A stretch of 64,000 nt of DNA from Vicugna vicugna (GCA_013265495.1 MU058198.1:4975779-5039778); one strand, 5' to 3'; counted from the stretch's first letter, positions 1-12,816 are shown. Made by a program: numbers and translations. Notes: generated by a model from the sequence alone, not told the origin.

Positions 1-425
1 GATTCGCTAGGTCCGGGATGGTGATGCTGTTGGTCCAGGAGCCCTGCTTTGAGTTGAAAGAGTTTGCAGAAACGTGAAGGTGATGTGATAAAGCCTCGAG
101 AGGTGAATCAAGCTTTGCAAGGTGGAGAAGAAGGGAAAGGGTTCCCAGGCTGAGAGAGAGTGGTACCCAGAGGCGTGCAGTTCAAGGCTGGCCTGGGAGA
201 CGGTAGGAAGTACAACGTGATTGGCCCTTTGTTGGGTAGGAGGTGAGGTGGCCGTGTGCACACTGTACAGACTGCTCTGTAAGGGGCAGGGAGCCACGGA
301 GGCTCATTCAGGCAGCCATCTAAAGGAGTATGTTTTAGAAAGACCATTTCATTGACAGGCTGATAGTAATTTGCTTTTCCAATGATAATCTTTTAAAAAT
401 TCAAAACCAGACACTTCCCCTAAAG

Positions 426-634
426 CAGAGTGTCTTGATTTGGGCACTGTTGACATTACAGGCAGCTAATTCTTTTTTCGGGGGGTGCTGTCCTATGTAC
501 TGTAAAATATTTACTAGCATCTCTCCACTAGATGCCCAGAGCATCCTGCTCCCCAGTTGTGACAACCGAAAATGACTCCTGATATGACCAGATGTCCGCT
601 GGGTGGCAAAACAGCCCCTGGTTGAGAACCACGG
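426..634 (-). mobile_element. MER20 (hAT-Charlie non-autonomous DNA transposon), near full length
   Basis: Reverse complement of the MER20 consensus throughout (GGCACTGTTGACATT...CCACTAGATGCC...CCCCAGTTGTGACAACC...GGTTGAGAACCAC). Confidence 0.9.
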
Positions 635-1280
635 CTCTCAAGCATGAAATGTTTCATGCTTCTTTGTATCCCCTTCGTGGAAGCCCAGATCCTTCAAATA
701 TTCAGTAGCCCTGCAAGATTCCTGGAAGAGGTTCAGTTGAAGAGCATCACCTCCGAGCTCTATCGATCTGCTTCTTGCTTCTCGGAAGCAGCAGCGAGGA
801 GAGGAGAGCCTGGTGTGGAGTGAGAAACACGAACACACCTGCTTATAAATTCTGTTTTAAAAGTAATAGAATCATCTGCCCCTTTCCTCCACTTCTGAGC
901 CCTTTCCCGTTTCTGGATGCACAATGAGCTGTCGAGGAGAATATAGGCACGTCATGAAAATTCCAGGTCCTTAACGTCTGTGGACGTGTTTGGAGTTCTA
1001 AGAACACTTTTAAGGTAGGATGATACCCAGGTAGATTCCCACAGAGATAGCGAGCATCTAGTAATTTCCTGTCCGTCGTCAGAACAGATCAGGCTGGCTG
1101 ATGTTTACACAACCTGAGCTGACGTCTCCTGATCTTTCTGCCTTTACTTTCGCCTGGTGATGATGCGTACACGTAGCATGCCAGGCTAGGGAGTGTTAAC
1201 TGTGAAAAACATGAATGAACAACAACAAAAATAACCTTACACTTTCTCAATACTGATGGTCTTGGAGGGTAGGGAGAGAG

Positions 1281-1476
1281 GTAGTGGTTAGATAGCATGG
1301 GCTGCAGCTTAAAACAGGATAGGGTTTGAGTCAGAGTCCTGGCCCGGTTGCTAAGATGGGGCAAAGCTACTTAACCTCTCCAAGACTCAGCGCCATGGTC
1401 TGGAAGAAAAAGGGTTCATGAGGATTAAATGCAAGGATGGTATGTTAAGGGATTAGCTGAGTGAGTGCCTGGCATG
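1281..1476 (+). mobile_element. MIR SINE fragment
   Basis: GTAGTGGTTA...GGGCAAAGCTACTTAACCTCTC...GAGGATTAAATG...TGCCTGGCA. Confidence 0.7.
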
Positions 1477-1635
1477 TTAAAAAAAAAAAGAAAAGAAAAT
1501 TCTCAGTGTCAATTTTTTGGGGACACATCATGGTGATCTTTACTTCCTTGAGACAGGGAGGAGGAAACGTGGCACTGCCATTCATTGCGTGTCTGTTACG
1601 GGCCAGACCACCGCAGACCGCGTGACCTCCTGACC

Positions 1636-1750
1636 AGGGGTACAGAGAGACGAGTACCCTGGCATCACATAGCTAGCTCATTAGTGGCAGAGGAAGAATT
1701 CAAATCTAGATCTGACTCCAAAACCCATGTTTCTTCAACAGCATCGTGCT
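1636..1750 (-). mobile_element. MIR SINE fragment
   Basis: CACATAGCTAG...AGTGGCAGAG...ATTCAAATCTAGATCTGACTCCAAAACCCATG. Confidence 0.7.
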
Positions 1751-1854
1751 GTGCGCTGAGATGTGGCTCAAGCAGAAAGTGATTGGCTGTTTGATGCTCT
1801 GTGAGGCAGCGTGAACTCTGAAACGTGCGGATGTCTAGCGTACTGTGTCCTTTG

Positions 1855-2060
1855 CCACTGGTCTTTGAATCAGTTCTTCAGTGCAGGTACTAGTGCCTTT
1901 TGCCATTGGCCAATTTTGTGATACTGGGCAAATTAACCTCCTGGAACCTCCATGTCCACATCTCTAAAAGGAGATGATGATCCCTCCTAGGTGGGAATTA
2001 AATGAGTTGGGAGGATGCCTGGCTTGGTTCGGGCACGTAACAGGGGCTCAACAAGCCCGC
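1855..2060 (+). mobile_element. MIR SINE fragment
   Basis: GGGCAAATTAACCTC...CATCTCTAAAAGG...ATTAAATGAG...GGCACGTAA. Confidence 0.65.
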
Positions 2061-2904
2061 ATTCTGTTACCGTGCATCCTGAACAGGACAGGGAAGCCAT
2101 AGATGGATTGTGTAGACCGAATCCCTGTGGGCTGCTCTCCCCCGTGCAGTGGACAGTCACGGAGGTGAGCCTTTTGGATAAATGTGGGTATCCTCAGGCC
2201 GACCACACCCACAGGCCAGCTCTGGGCGTCCCCTCCCCATGGCTGTACAGCTTTGCTTTAACCGTGGCTGTTCTTGTGAACTAGATACGTGGCTTTGGGT
2301 GAAAATAGACTTTCTATAATCTGCAACTGTTTTCTTTCAATGGCCAAGTCTTCAAGCGAAGAACACCACCTTCATTGATGAACTTCAGGCGCCTTCCCAA
2401 AGATAAAACAAACAGGTAGGAAACAGAAATTTGTTCAGGGCCCCCCCAAAAAATCCAAAAACAAAACACAACCTTTGCCCTAGGCCATAAATGTATTGAT
2501 TCAACCCAACATGCTTAAGATCTCCAAACCTTATTATCAGGTCAAAGCATCTTTTTGAGACAGACGGCTAGGAGCATTCACTGTGGACCAGGGAGCTGAC
2601 ATCAACTTTTGTTTTTATCTTTCTGCAGACCAATAATAATAGCGATTCAGTTCACACATTCGTTGGCCAGTAGCTTTGTCCCAGGAGCTGTTGATACAAA
2701 TATGGTTAGAATAGCCTTTTTCTCCTGGAGAATAAAAATATAATAGAATGTTATGCTACCTCGTGGTTTTATTTGGTCAGTCGAGTAATACGGGCCCGAA
2801 GATGGGCAAATATCCTTGTCACCATAGTACTGGTGGGGAAGCAGACCCTCGGCATGTTATCAAGGAAATGACGCTCATTCATTCACTGCCATTGCAGCGA
2901 TGGC

Positions 2905-3108
2905 AGCTGTTCAGCGAAGTGCTCGCATTCAGTCCTGGGCACCAGCAGCGTCGGCATCACCACATGGGAGCTTCTTAGAAATGCAGATTGACGGGCTGCC
3001 CGCTGCCCGACCGGATTCCAGTCTCTGAGCCTGGGTCCCAGAAAACCGTGTTTTTTTTAGAAATGTTCTTGGTGATTCTTTCGCACGTTAAAATCGAAGG
3101 GCTATCGG
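2905..3108 (+). mobile_element. MER5A-like hAT-Charlie element
   Basis: ACCAGCAGCGTCGGCATCACC...GGGAGCTTCTTAGAAATGCAGATT...GGTGATTCT. Confidence 0.75.
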
Positions 3109-3915
3109 TACTTTGAGCTGTGTCTCACCCTGGTCCACCCAGCTATGGCAGAAGGCCAGGGCCATGGCTCAGGTTCCCAGTGGAGTGGCAACATCTAGAA
3201 TATGATAGAAACTTTTTCGATAAAAACACAATTGCTTGCTGCCCATAGCAGCCACCCTTAAAAATTAAGTTTTCTGACTCCACTCCGTCAAGTTCACCAA
3301 CCTGGTTTTTATCGCTCTTGCTTCTCCCATTTTCTTTACCACTGTTGTACAAATCCATACATTGAAAGAATTTCACACAAAGCAGTCGAGGATGATACTC
3401 CTCAAATTCCAGTTTACTCTACTCTGTAACTTCTTCTGGAGGGGGGTGGTGGCAGGGGTTTTTGAGAGCTTCTTGAGTTGGAAGGAAAAGCTAATGTTAT
3501 CTGGAAGATAACTGCGCATGGCTGTATTCTGCCTTCCTGTAAAACAAAGTTATTACATGTCTACTTGCAGGCAACCATGCCTGATTCTTGTCTGTTCCCT
3601 TTTGTCCGGGTTGGAAAGCACAGGGCTTGGCTCTTCTGGAATTCTGTTGTCTGAAACATAAGATGTCCATCACAGAGGAAGATATTTTGCAAGGATAGTA
3701 TTTCTATAATGAATAGATTTCTATAGTGAAATCAAGTTCGGGGTTTTTTGTTGTTTTTGGAATGAGACTTCAGACATGTCTTCTTTACTTGTAATTCTGC
3801 CTCTGTGTTTATTCTAATATATATATATATAAAATTCTAATGTATATACATATATTGATATATATGAATGATAGTTAAGGAGAGCCTAGAATTCAGGAAA
3901 TAAAATTTGGTTTCA

Positions 3916-4760
3916 GGTACAGCCACTGTGGAAAACAGTATGGAAGCTCCTCAAAAAAATTAAAAATAGAACTACCATATGATGTAGCAGTTCCTCTTCT
4001 GGGAATATATCCAAAGGAAATGAAAACACTAACTCAAAAAGATATTTACAGTCTCATATTCATAGCATTATTTACAACAGCAGAGACATGAAACAACCTA
4101 ATGTCCATTGACTGATGAATGGATAAAGAAGAAGTGGTATATATACATTCCATTTTATATATATATAAATTTTATTCCATCGCATATATTTTATATAAAA
4201 TGGAGTATTATGTATATATTTAAAATGGAATATTATTCAACCATAAAAATGAGGAGATCCTACCATTTGGGACAACATGGATGGACCTGAAGTCATTATG
4301 CTAAGTAAAATAAGTCAGAGAAAGACAGATAACTGTGTGATCTCACTTATATGTGGAATCTAAAAACAAGAAACCCAACACCTCATAGAAAAAGAGATCA
4401 GACTTGTGGTTATCAGATTTGGGGGTGGGAGGTTTGGAGGAAGGCAGTCAGAAGTCTACACACTCTCAGTTATAAGTAAGTACCAGGGATGCGCTGTCTG
4501 ACGTGATGACTATATGATATATAGGAACGTTGTTAAGAGCGTAAATCCTGGGAGTTCTCATCACGAGGAGAGATTTTCTTTTTCTTTTCTTCTTTCTTTT
4601 CTTGTTATTGTCTCTACATGAGATGACGGATGTTAGCTAAAGCTGTTGTAATCATTTCACAGTCTGTGTAAATCAAACCGCCGTGCCTGTACACCTTAAA
4701 CATATCCAGTGAGGTATGTCAATTACTTCTCAAGGAAACCGGGGAAAAAAAAAGAAAAAC
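3916..4760 (+). mobile_element. L1 3' end (ORF2 C-terminus, 3' UTR, A tail), L1MA-like
   Basis: GGTACAGCCACTGTGGAAAACAGTATGG; ORF 4108-4290 reads DEWIKKKWY...MEYYSTIK as in L1 ORF2; ends in an A-rich tail. Confidence 0.92.
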
Positions 4761-5014
4761 AACCCAAATCTGGTTCCAGGCCATGGTTTCCTCTCACTGC
4801 CCCCACAGAAGGATCTGATATGCAGCACTCGCTTTCAATCCCATTCATGGATTGATTGATTGATTTGTTTATTCAATAAGTAACTATTTATTGAGCTGGG
4901 GCTGGAGGCATTGGTGGGAAAGGGGGGCTCCGTGGGCCACAGCATCCATCATGCTTAAGCAGATCCCATGGGCTTTCTCTGGAGAGTGACCCCGGGCACT
5001 CCCACCAGAACATC

Positions 5015-5850
5015 TCATGCATACCCATGGCTTCAACTTTGCAACAAGAGTGACTCGAAATGTGTCCTTTTTAGCGTTCTCCTCTGAGCTTGAGACATCA
5101 GAGATGCTTACTTGACATCTTCCCTTGGCTACTTCACATTCATCCCACATTCAAAGTGCCCAAAGACGAAACTTACAGCCTCGCCCCACAACTGAGTTTT
5201 CTTCTGGTGCTTGTCTCAGCTAAAACGACATGACCAGCCATCTCGCTGTCCAGTCCAAAAAAATCTGAGAGTCATCTCTGAGCTGCTTGCTTTTTTTATT
5301 CCAAGTAGTCAGCCTATCACCAAATCCTGTCAATTTTACCCCCTTAACCATCTCTCTAAATGATCAGCTTCTCTCTTATCCACCGACACCAACTCTGGTT
5401 AAAGATATGATCCTTTTCCATCTTGAGGATGACGACAGCTTCTGTCTGCCTTCTGGATCCTCTGAGGCTCTGGACCAGTTCATTCTCCACCCCACATCGA
5501 GAGGACCTTTCAAAATCTCAAAGATATTACCTCCGCTAACAATCTTTCAAGTGCTTCCCTTTACCCTCAGGATGATAACTATTATTTAATTGTAACTTGC
5601 ACTTGTTCTGTGTTTTACATGTTTCAACCCATATTCCCATATTACCCAATTTGGGTAAAACCTACATTGCTGCAATGGCCACAAAGTCCTGCTACTCTGA
5701 CACCTACCTGCCTCTCCTGCCTTGTCTTTCTTTTCGTGATTTCCACACCCACCACAGTCTTTCTCTCTTTTATAGAATGCAGTCCCTTCTCAGGTTAGAC
5801 TTGACGTGGGCTTGCTTCTGGAAACAGTCATGTGAATTCTCTCTTAGGTG
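5015..5850 (+). mobile_element. L2 LINE fragments
   Basis: CCCATGGCTTCAAC...TACTTGACATCT...CACCAAATCCTGTCAATTTTACC, typical of the L2 ORF2 3' region. Confidence 0.7.
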
Positions 5851-5977
5851 CCCAGGCGGATGAGCAGCTGACCCCTGCCATCTGGGAAAATGAACATCAA
5901 GGTTGCTGGTCTGGCAGGAGAGGAGGATTCAGGTGTCAATTTGCATTGTGATTTCAGCAAACCACAATGCTCTGACT

Positions 5978-6390
5978 CGATTAGGACTCTGCAGTCACAA
6001 GTGAAGGGAATCCATTTCCCACTTGCGTAAGCAAAATATAGCAATTTCCTGGAAACTCAGAGAGCATCTAATAACTCCCAGGGGTGTAATAAAGGGAACC
6101 CAACCTTGCAGAGGACTAGACCCAGAAACCAGACAGCTGTCAGGGTAGAGGGGAAGGGTCGGCTCCATCACTCTCTCCGGAGCAGATGTCAATTCTTCAT
6201 GGGTGCAGGTCCACTGACCAGCCCAGAACAATGAACATCCATCAGTTGGGTTCTAAACTCTTTGGAGAGATCATGTGAGTGTCTGGCTGGGACCAGGGAT
6301 CCCATCGCTGTAGGTCAGGAGGGTGGGGTCAGAGACTGTAACCCCATCTGCTCAGGTGGCAGGTGGGACAGCTAGAAGGGAAGTTGTGAT
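5978..6390 (-). mobile_element. MaLR solo LTR (MLT1K/L-like)
   Basis: TTAGGACTCTGCAGTCACAAGTGA...TAAGCAAAA start, typical of antisense old MLT1. Confidence 0.55.
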
Positions 6391-6894
6391 TCAGGTAGAA
6401 ACTCTGGCTCTTGAAAAGCTTTCTGAGCACCTTGACTTCTCCCAGCTGACTCCCTGCACGGAGGGCTCGAAGCTCACTGTCACAGATTACACCGTGGCGC
6501 TCTCGAAACAGAAACCGAACGCAGCCCAAACCCCGAAGATCTGGGGATTAAGCAGAGAAACCTCTTGTGCTGTTTCCGCAAAGAAACCACAAATCTCCTA
6601 AGCACGAGTGAAGGGGAAGCTTCGATTGGGGAAACATCAGAGAAATCAAACACTTCGCTCTGCTCTCATGTCCTCGGAGGGGATTTCTGCTTTCAATCCG
6701 TGAACGGAAATTTTTTTTTTTCTTTCTTTATTGCAAAGCCAAGCCCACTGTTAGCGCAGAGGATAGAAGGTAACCCAGCAGGGTCCAGGCGTTGCTGAGG
6801 ATGGAGTAACACAGCCGTGTCACTGTCCTGGGGAAGCCCTGCAGATTCACATGAGGTGGAATGCCTCAACCTGGCCTTTTTTGTTTTTTTTTCC

Positions 6895-7235
6895 CTCATT
6901 TAAAAAAATTTATTGAGATTTAATTAATAAGTAACATTATATTGGTTTCAGGTGTACATCTTAATGATTCGACACTTGTGTACATGGTGAAATAATCACC
7001 ACAGTAAATCTAGTTCCCACTCATCACCATGCAAAGTTAAATTTCAGGATTTCCACTCTTAGCAACTTTGAAGTATGCCCTGAAATATTATTGCCTGTAG
7101 CCATCACTCTCTACATCACATCCCCGTGACTTATTTATGCTATAACTGAAAGTTTCCACCTCTTGACCTTCTTCACCCATTTTGCCTACTCCTGAAGCCC
7201 CTCCCATCTGTCAGCCACCATAGTTTTGTTTGGTA
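6895..7235 (-). mobile_element. L1 3' UTR fragment
   Basis: TTTATTGAGAT...GTTTCAGGTGTACA...CTTAGCAACTTT...CTTATAACTGAAAGTTT. Confidence 0.85.
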
Positions 7236-7483
7236 TATGTATATTTTTATCGAAGTATAGTCAACCTGCTTTTTTACCCATCTCTCTCTCCACCTGCCAT
7301 GTTTCTGGTCCCCGGTCAACTAAGTTTTGCCCACTCTCTGCCTTTGCTTCTATGCCAGGACCCTCCATCTCGGGTAGAACCAAGTCCTTCCTCTCTCTGC
7401 AGTGAATGACACCCATCCTGCAGGCGTAGCTTCCGTGGTACCTCCTCTGTGAACTCCTTTAAAAAAAAAAACCGCACACCACA

Positions 7484-7850
7484 CTTTATTGAGATTGGAT
7501 TTACTAGAATTCACTTACGTGTACAACTCAATGGTTTTTAGCAAATTTCTAAATTTTTTACTAAAATTTTACTAAATGATTTACTAAAATTCACCTAAGT
7601 GTACAAGTCAGTGGTTTTTAGCAAATTTCTAAATTTTTTGCTAAATGATTTACTAAAATTCACTCAAGAACTCAGTGGTTTTTAGCAGATGTACATAGTT
7701 TGGCAATCAGGACCGCAGTCCAGTTTAGAACATGTCCTTCTCCCCTAAAAGCTCTTTCGTGCCCTTTTGCAATCAGTCCCCGTTCCCACCCTGCCCCCGG
7801 GACAACCGCTAATCTGCTCTCTGCCTCTATCGCTTTGCCTCTCTGAGAAC
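7484..7850 (-). mobile_element. L1MB-like 3' UTR fragment with internal tandem amplification
   Basis: CTTTATTGAGAT...GTGTACAACTCAATGGTTTTTAG...CCAGTTTAGAACAT...ACAACCGCTAATCTGCT. Confidence 0.8.
7498..7687. repeat. Tandem repeat, about 69-80 bp unit, about 2.6 copies
   Basis: Units begin GATTTACTA(G/A)AATTCAC at 7498, 7578 and 7647. Confidence 0.9.
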
Positions 7851-8119
7851 TCTCAGCCCTCCCTGGCAGAGTGCTTTCGTCCTCTAGGCTCCTAACATCC
7901 TTCGTGTGAGCTTGTAAAATGATCCGATAGTTATTGTTTCTGTGTGTGTTTCTCCAACTAGACTTTAAATACCAGGATCACTTCCTTACCCTGGGGGCTT
8001 AGCAGAACGCCTGCACACAGGAGATCGAATAGAACCGTCTGTGTCTGTCTGAGCGCGGGCACGAATTAAGTTTATTGCTTGATCTGCGGGCAAACTTGCA
8101 CGCCACTTCTCTTTTAGAA

Positions 8120-8345
8120 GAACATAGCTAACGTTCACTCAGCACTTACTGTGTGCCGGAAGCCCTGCTGAGTGTTTATATTACTGCTGAAACTTCACAG
8201 TCCTTATTTAACCTTCCTTTCAATCAAAGAAGTACTTTGTATCATTAGCAGTACTTATAGTAGGTCTGGAGACTGAGACGCTAAAAACTTTCAGACAGTA
8301 AGTGACAAACCAGACCTTCAGCCTGGTTCTGTGTAGCTGAGAAAC
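8120..8345 (-). mobile_element. MIR SINE fragment
   Basis: ATAGCTAACGTTCACTCAGCACTTACTGTGTGCCGG. Confidence 0.6.
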
Positions 8346-8560
8346 TGCAGTGCCTCCCAGCTGCCGGAAGTGTGTCCCCTAGAACCATGCCTGGTGGGTT
8401 TCCTGGGGTCTCGGTCGGTCTGCACTTTTTAGACTTTAATTGTGATTTGGTCAGTGGATGCCCCATGTCGCGTTCACTTTGGGGTCCCTCTGGCTGGGGG
8501 GGGACCATTCAGAATACCTTAAGCCTTTGACTCATTTAGTGTGAAACCATTTGATTTTCT

Positions 8561-8707
8561 CTGGGTTTTTTATTTTAATGTATTTTTTATTTGTTTTGGG
8601 GGAAGGTAATTAGGTTCATTTTTTTTTTTAATGGAAGTACTGGGGATTGAACCCAGGACCTCACACACGCTAAGCACGCTCTCTACCACTCAATTGTACC
8701 CTCCCCT
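8561..8707 (-). mobile_element. tRNA-Ala-derived SINE (camelid Vic-1-like)
   Basis: GTACTGGGGATTGAACCCAGGACCTC...CTCTACCACT; 14-bp TSD CCATTTGATTTTCT at 8547-8560 and 8708-8721. Confidence 0.92.
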
Positions 8708-9130
8708 CCATTTGATTTTCTTGATCGGCCAGATCAACTGCATGTTTCCCTTCTGCACTGATTGCTTGCAAGCAATGGCCCAGTGGACTATGAGGTAATA
8801 GTAACAAACTTAGCATTCATAAAGCGTTTGACAAAAAGAAAAAAAAATGACTGTGAACTTACTTAAAAAAGAACTGAACTGATTCTTTTGAATTTTGAAT
8901 GATTCATGTTCCCCATTTTGGAAATGTTGGAAACAAGGGAAGAACAAGATACGGAATGGATTTGTGACATTTTGACCTGCCAAGGCCCACGGACCTTGGC
9001 AGAAGTGAGGCCCAGCTTTCTCAGGAGGGGTGCTCAAGGGACCAGGAAGGCAAGTGGTAATCTGGGCCCTTTGGCTGCACCCTCATCAGGGACTAGAGTT
9101 GACTTAACCTGGAAAATTCTCACAGTGGCT

Positions 9131-9537
9131 TAGGTCAGCAAACATAAATGCCTACACGCTGGCAGTGACGTGCAGAAGTGAAGTGGGCCTGGACTGAGAC
9201 ACTGTGGAGCGGTGGGAGGACTGTGGTAAAGTGGGGGGAACAGATTCTGTCTTCAGGGAGCAGCTGCTGCTCGGTGCCAGCTTACTATTTTCCTCATTTT
9301 TCTGCTTTTTCCAAAGAAGCTAGAAATCTGGATGCTTATTGAAAATCACCTGATTCCATTATCCGTTTATTCATCAATTGAATCAGTGTTTACTGAGCAC
9401 TTACTATGTGAGGAGGCTGCTTTTGTTGCTGAGAATCTAATGGACCAGAAGAGACAAAGCTTTTAGAAACATGGGGACCAATAACAGAGCCTATTTGCTG
9501 ATCAGATTTGGTCCACAGACCTGTTTGCAACCTCTGG
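9131..9537 (+). mobile_element. MER102-like hAT element, interrupted by an L2 tail
   Basis: AGCAAACATAAATGCCTAC...GACTGTGGTAAAGTGG...AGAAGCTAGAAATCTGGAT; 3' end GTTTGCAACCTCTG. Confidence 0.75.
9356..9460 (-). mobile_element. L2 3' tail
   Basis: TTTATTCATCAATTGAATCAGTGTTTACTGAGCACTTACTATGTG...AGACAAAG. Confidence 0.7.
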
Positions 9538-10530
9538 CTTTGACGCTTGAACCCCCATCCAGGGAGATCACTGGAACCCTAAGTTACCTTTTCCCTGCCG
9601 TGACCTGGAGGGCCATGGATGCTTTCACGGCTGTTTCCTGCTCCCCACAGAGGGTGTCAGTGTCCAGCCAGTTTCCCCTGGACGCCAGGAAGTCTGCCGC
9701 AACTATACACTTCGCAAGCAGGGAGCAACCTTTCCCCACCAGTTTTCAGAGCTTAACCTGGCTCCGCAAGCAGCCTGTCTCTGGAAGAATGTTCAAGCAA
9801 CCGCATTTCCCCCCCGACTGTAGTGTTGCCCACTGAGCACAAACCACCAATAACACACATGTTCACTTCCAAAGTGTGCCTTCCAGCAAATTTCAGCCTG
9901 CTCAGTGGGGGAAAAAAAATTACCAGTTTAGTAAAGGAGTTCTGTTCTAAAGCTGGAGGAAGGACCCCACACACTTGATTTTGCTATTGCATAAAAAGGC
10001 ATCCGAGGTTGTAAGGAATTTTCATTTTCAGATGTAAGGAATCGGTCTTATCAGGGCTGGCACAAAGCAAAAAGCAAACATCAAGAACAAAACAATAGCA
10101 AAAAATAAAAAATAAAAAAGCCTCTCTCATACTATAGATGCAGAATTCTAAACGGGAGATTTTCAAATATAATGATCACACCTCCAAACCATCCACCATC
10201 CACCAGCATTCGGGTGGCCTCCTGTGCTCTGCCCCAGGATGAAGCCCTGAATAACCTCAATTATTCTCCCTCAGCCTGAGTCCTCCGATGGCCCCAGACC
10301 TCTCCTTGTGCAGCAATTGTCCTTCCTCCCACTCTGAGTGATGCCAAACGTTATTCCCTCAGTCGTCCCCTCTGGCCTTCCCATATGGCTCTGAGGAATG
10401 CACCCAGTGGGGGTTCCTCATGGTCCCCCCACCCTGCGGCAGGAGCACCCTCCATCTAGTCCAAGGCTCTTCTGCGGGAGCCATGAAGGCACCTAAGAAA
10501 GAAGTTCAAGTGCAAGATGCTGGTACACAC

Positions 10531-10939
10531 CATGCATGGACCTAGAGATGATCCCACTGAGTGAAGTAAGTCAGAGAAAGGCACATAACATACGATACCA
10601 CTTATATGTGGAACCAGAAAAAAATGAGACCAACGAACTTTTTGACAGAACAGAAACAGACTCACAGACATAGAAAACACACATGGTTACCAAGGGGAAG
10701 GAAGTGGGGGAGGGATAAATTAGGAGAGTGGGATTAGCAAATACACACTACTGTGTATATAACAGATACACAACAAAGACCTGTATAGCACGGGGAACTA
10801 TATTCAATAGCTTGTAATAACCTATAATGGAAAAGAGTCTGAAAAAGAAAAAAATATATATATATATAACTGAATCTCTTTGCTGTACACCAGAAACTAA
10901 CACAACATTGTAAACCGATTATACTTCAATTTAAAAAAA
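10531..10939 (+). mobile_element. Lineage-specific (artiodactyl-type) L1 3' end
   Basis: ATGGACCTAGAGATG...ACAGACTCACAGACATAGAAAAC...GCTGTACACCAGAAACTAACACAACATTGTAAA...TACTTCAATTTAAAAAAA. Confidence 0.92.
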
Positions 10940-11089
10940 GTATATGGGGAGAGTAGATGTGGGTGCAGAGATCAGATTCTAAACTCTGTGTGAGAATGAA
11001 TAGCTCCTGGCCTTCCCACCACTGTATTTTCAGGGTTGAACCAAATGTTGTAGGTGCTCGATAAATATTTGTTGAATAAAGCAACACGC

Positions 11090-11290
11090 CCCCCTCACAC
11101 ATCCTCTAGCGTTAAGTACTGATCAGAGTGCTTTAGATTTGTTCTCCTATGGGTCTCCCTCCCCTGCTACATTGTGAATCCTCGGTGGGGCTTTGTCTGA
11201 ATCGCTGTTTATATTCCGGGCCACCTAGCACCATGCCTGGCACTGGCAGGCACTCAGTAAACAATTAATGAAAATGGAAGAAAAAGGAAT
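11090..11290 (+). mobile_element. L2 3' end
   Basis: CACCTAGCACCATGCCTGGCAC...GGCACTCAGTAAAC. Confidence 0.75.
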
Positions 11291-11604
11291 GTAAGTTCTT
11301 AGAGATCAGAAGTAATGATAACAGCATTAGGACAAATGATTATAGTTTGTGAAGTCACGTGAGCAGTGGAGGACAAAGTTTGGGCAAACTTGGCCCAAGG
11401 CTGGAATCCATCTGCCCACGGACCCTCTGGGTGCCCACTGCAAGCTGGGTCCCCCTCCTGCGTTGTTGAGGTTTAGGGGCAGGCTTGCTGGCATCTTAGC
11501 AGTACAGGCTGGTGGACACAGGGGAGAACTGAGCTGGCATCCTCTGCAAGTACCGAAGTATGGTTGGATGAAGGAGAGAGAGGGTGAGCATGCACTGGGC
11601 ACTT

Positions 11605-11760
11605 AAAGCATGCCATGAATGGCGTTGAGCACTTTCACCTTTACTTTTATAACTTCATCAGGTCGATGTGATCACTGTTGACACCTATTTTATAGATGAA
11701 GTATTGAAGGCTCAGAAAGATTAGACACTGGCCTGAAGTCACATTTGCATCCAGGCAGGC
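11605..11760 (-). mobile_element. MIR SINE fragment
   Basis: ATTTTATAGATGAAGTATTGAAGGCTCAGAAAGATTA. Confidence 0.65.
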
Positions 11761-12074
11761 CAGCTCCACGGCCTGTGCCACCAGTCACTGGACTGCAGGA
11801 CTTCCTGTGAGGTGAGGAGCAGGAAGTAAAAGGAGGGGAAGCTAAGGGCAGCTCTGATACTGAAGCAGACATTGTAAAGCTGCTACTGGCATTGTGCCAT
11901 TGGGCAAGTGATGTCTCCAGAACTTAATTTTGTCTTCTACAAAATAGGGATAAAAATACTGAGGAACTCCTACTGGAAGAAGGAGGGCCAAAGAACAATT
12001 GGGAACTGGACTTGGGAGCCCTGAGCTCCATTTCTGGCTTTGCTCGGTGGAGTGAAGAGCTCAGCATAGGAGCT

Positions 12075-12445
12075 GAGAGTCAGGCTGGGCTCAGTTGTGC
12101 TGCAGTAACAAGCAGTACCCGGGTCCCAGCGGCGTGAGATGGCAAAGTGTTCTTTCTCACTTTTGCTCGTGTCCTTTGTGGTTTGGCTGGAGCTCTGTTT
12201 CATATCCTCTCACTCCAGGACCCAGGTTGCCAGGGCGGCCACTTTCTGGAACATTGGTTCTGTCCCAGCAGAGAGAGAGTCGTGAATTGCAGTCTGGCTG
12301 TCAGAGCTTCTGCGGGAGATGACACCTTCTTCTCTTTGCTCTCATTCCATGGTCCAAAATGAGTCACAGATCACACCTCACTCCAAAAGGGCCGGGGAAG
12401 TATGACTTCTCCACGTGTCTAGGAGAAAGAACTGGAAACATGGTT
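12075..12445 (-). mobile_element. MaLR solo LTR (MLT1J/I-like)
   Basis: AGTCAGGCTGGGCTCAGTTGTGCTGCAGTAACAA...ACTCCAGGACCCAGG...GGGAAGTATGACTTCTCC. Confidence 0.75.
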
Positions 12446-12806
12446 CCCGTCTAAGTTCCAGAATCCCTGTGTGACCTTGCAATAGCCCCCTTCAACTGCT
12501 GGTCTTCAGTTTCCCTTTGTGTAAAATGAGGCTGACCGCTCAAAGCTCTTAGAGGATTGAATGTCACCCATGGGGGAAGATAAGACTTTGTAAGGTGCAA
12601 AGTTCGTTCTGGAGTAAGTGATTTTTCCTTCCTTTTATAGCCCCCCTCCCCGTCCCTGCTGAATTTTTTTCCTACCCGCTGTGAAGACCTCGCTCCCTCT
12701 GCTCCCCACCCTACAGAAAACAGTTCACAAACGTTCCTGGCTCCCTTAGGCCCGTGGCTTTTGCGCACTCGGGTCATACATTTTTATTTCCTTGCAGGAA
12801 CAAGGC

Positions 12807-12816
12807 CTAAAAATAG
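12807..12816. promoter_or_regulatory. Perfect MEF2 consensus site in repeat-free sequence
   Basis: CTAAAAATAG matches CTA(A/T)4TAG; function untested. Confidence 0.3.

Noticed and set aside
7498..7687. CRISPR-like array
   Set aside because: Whole-unit tandem copies without unique spacers, inside a mammalian L1, with no cas genes
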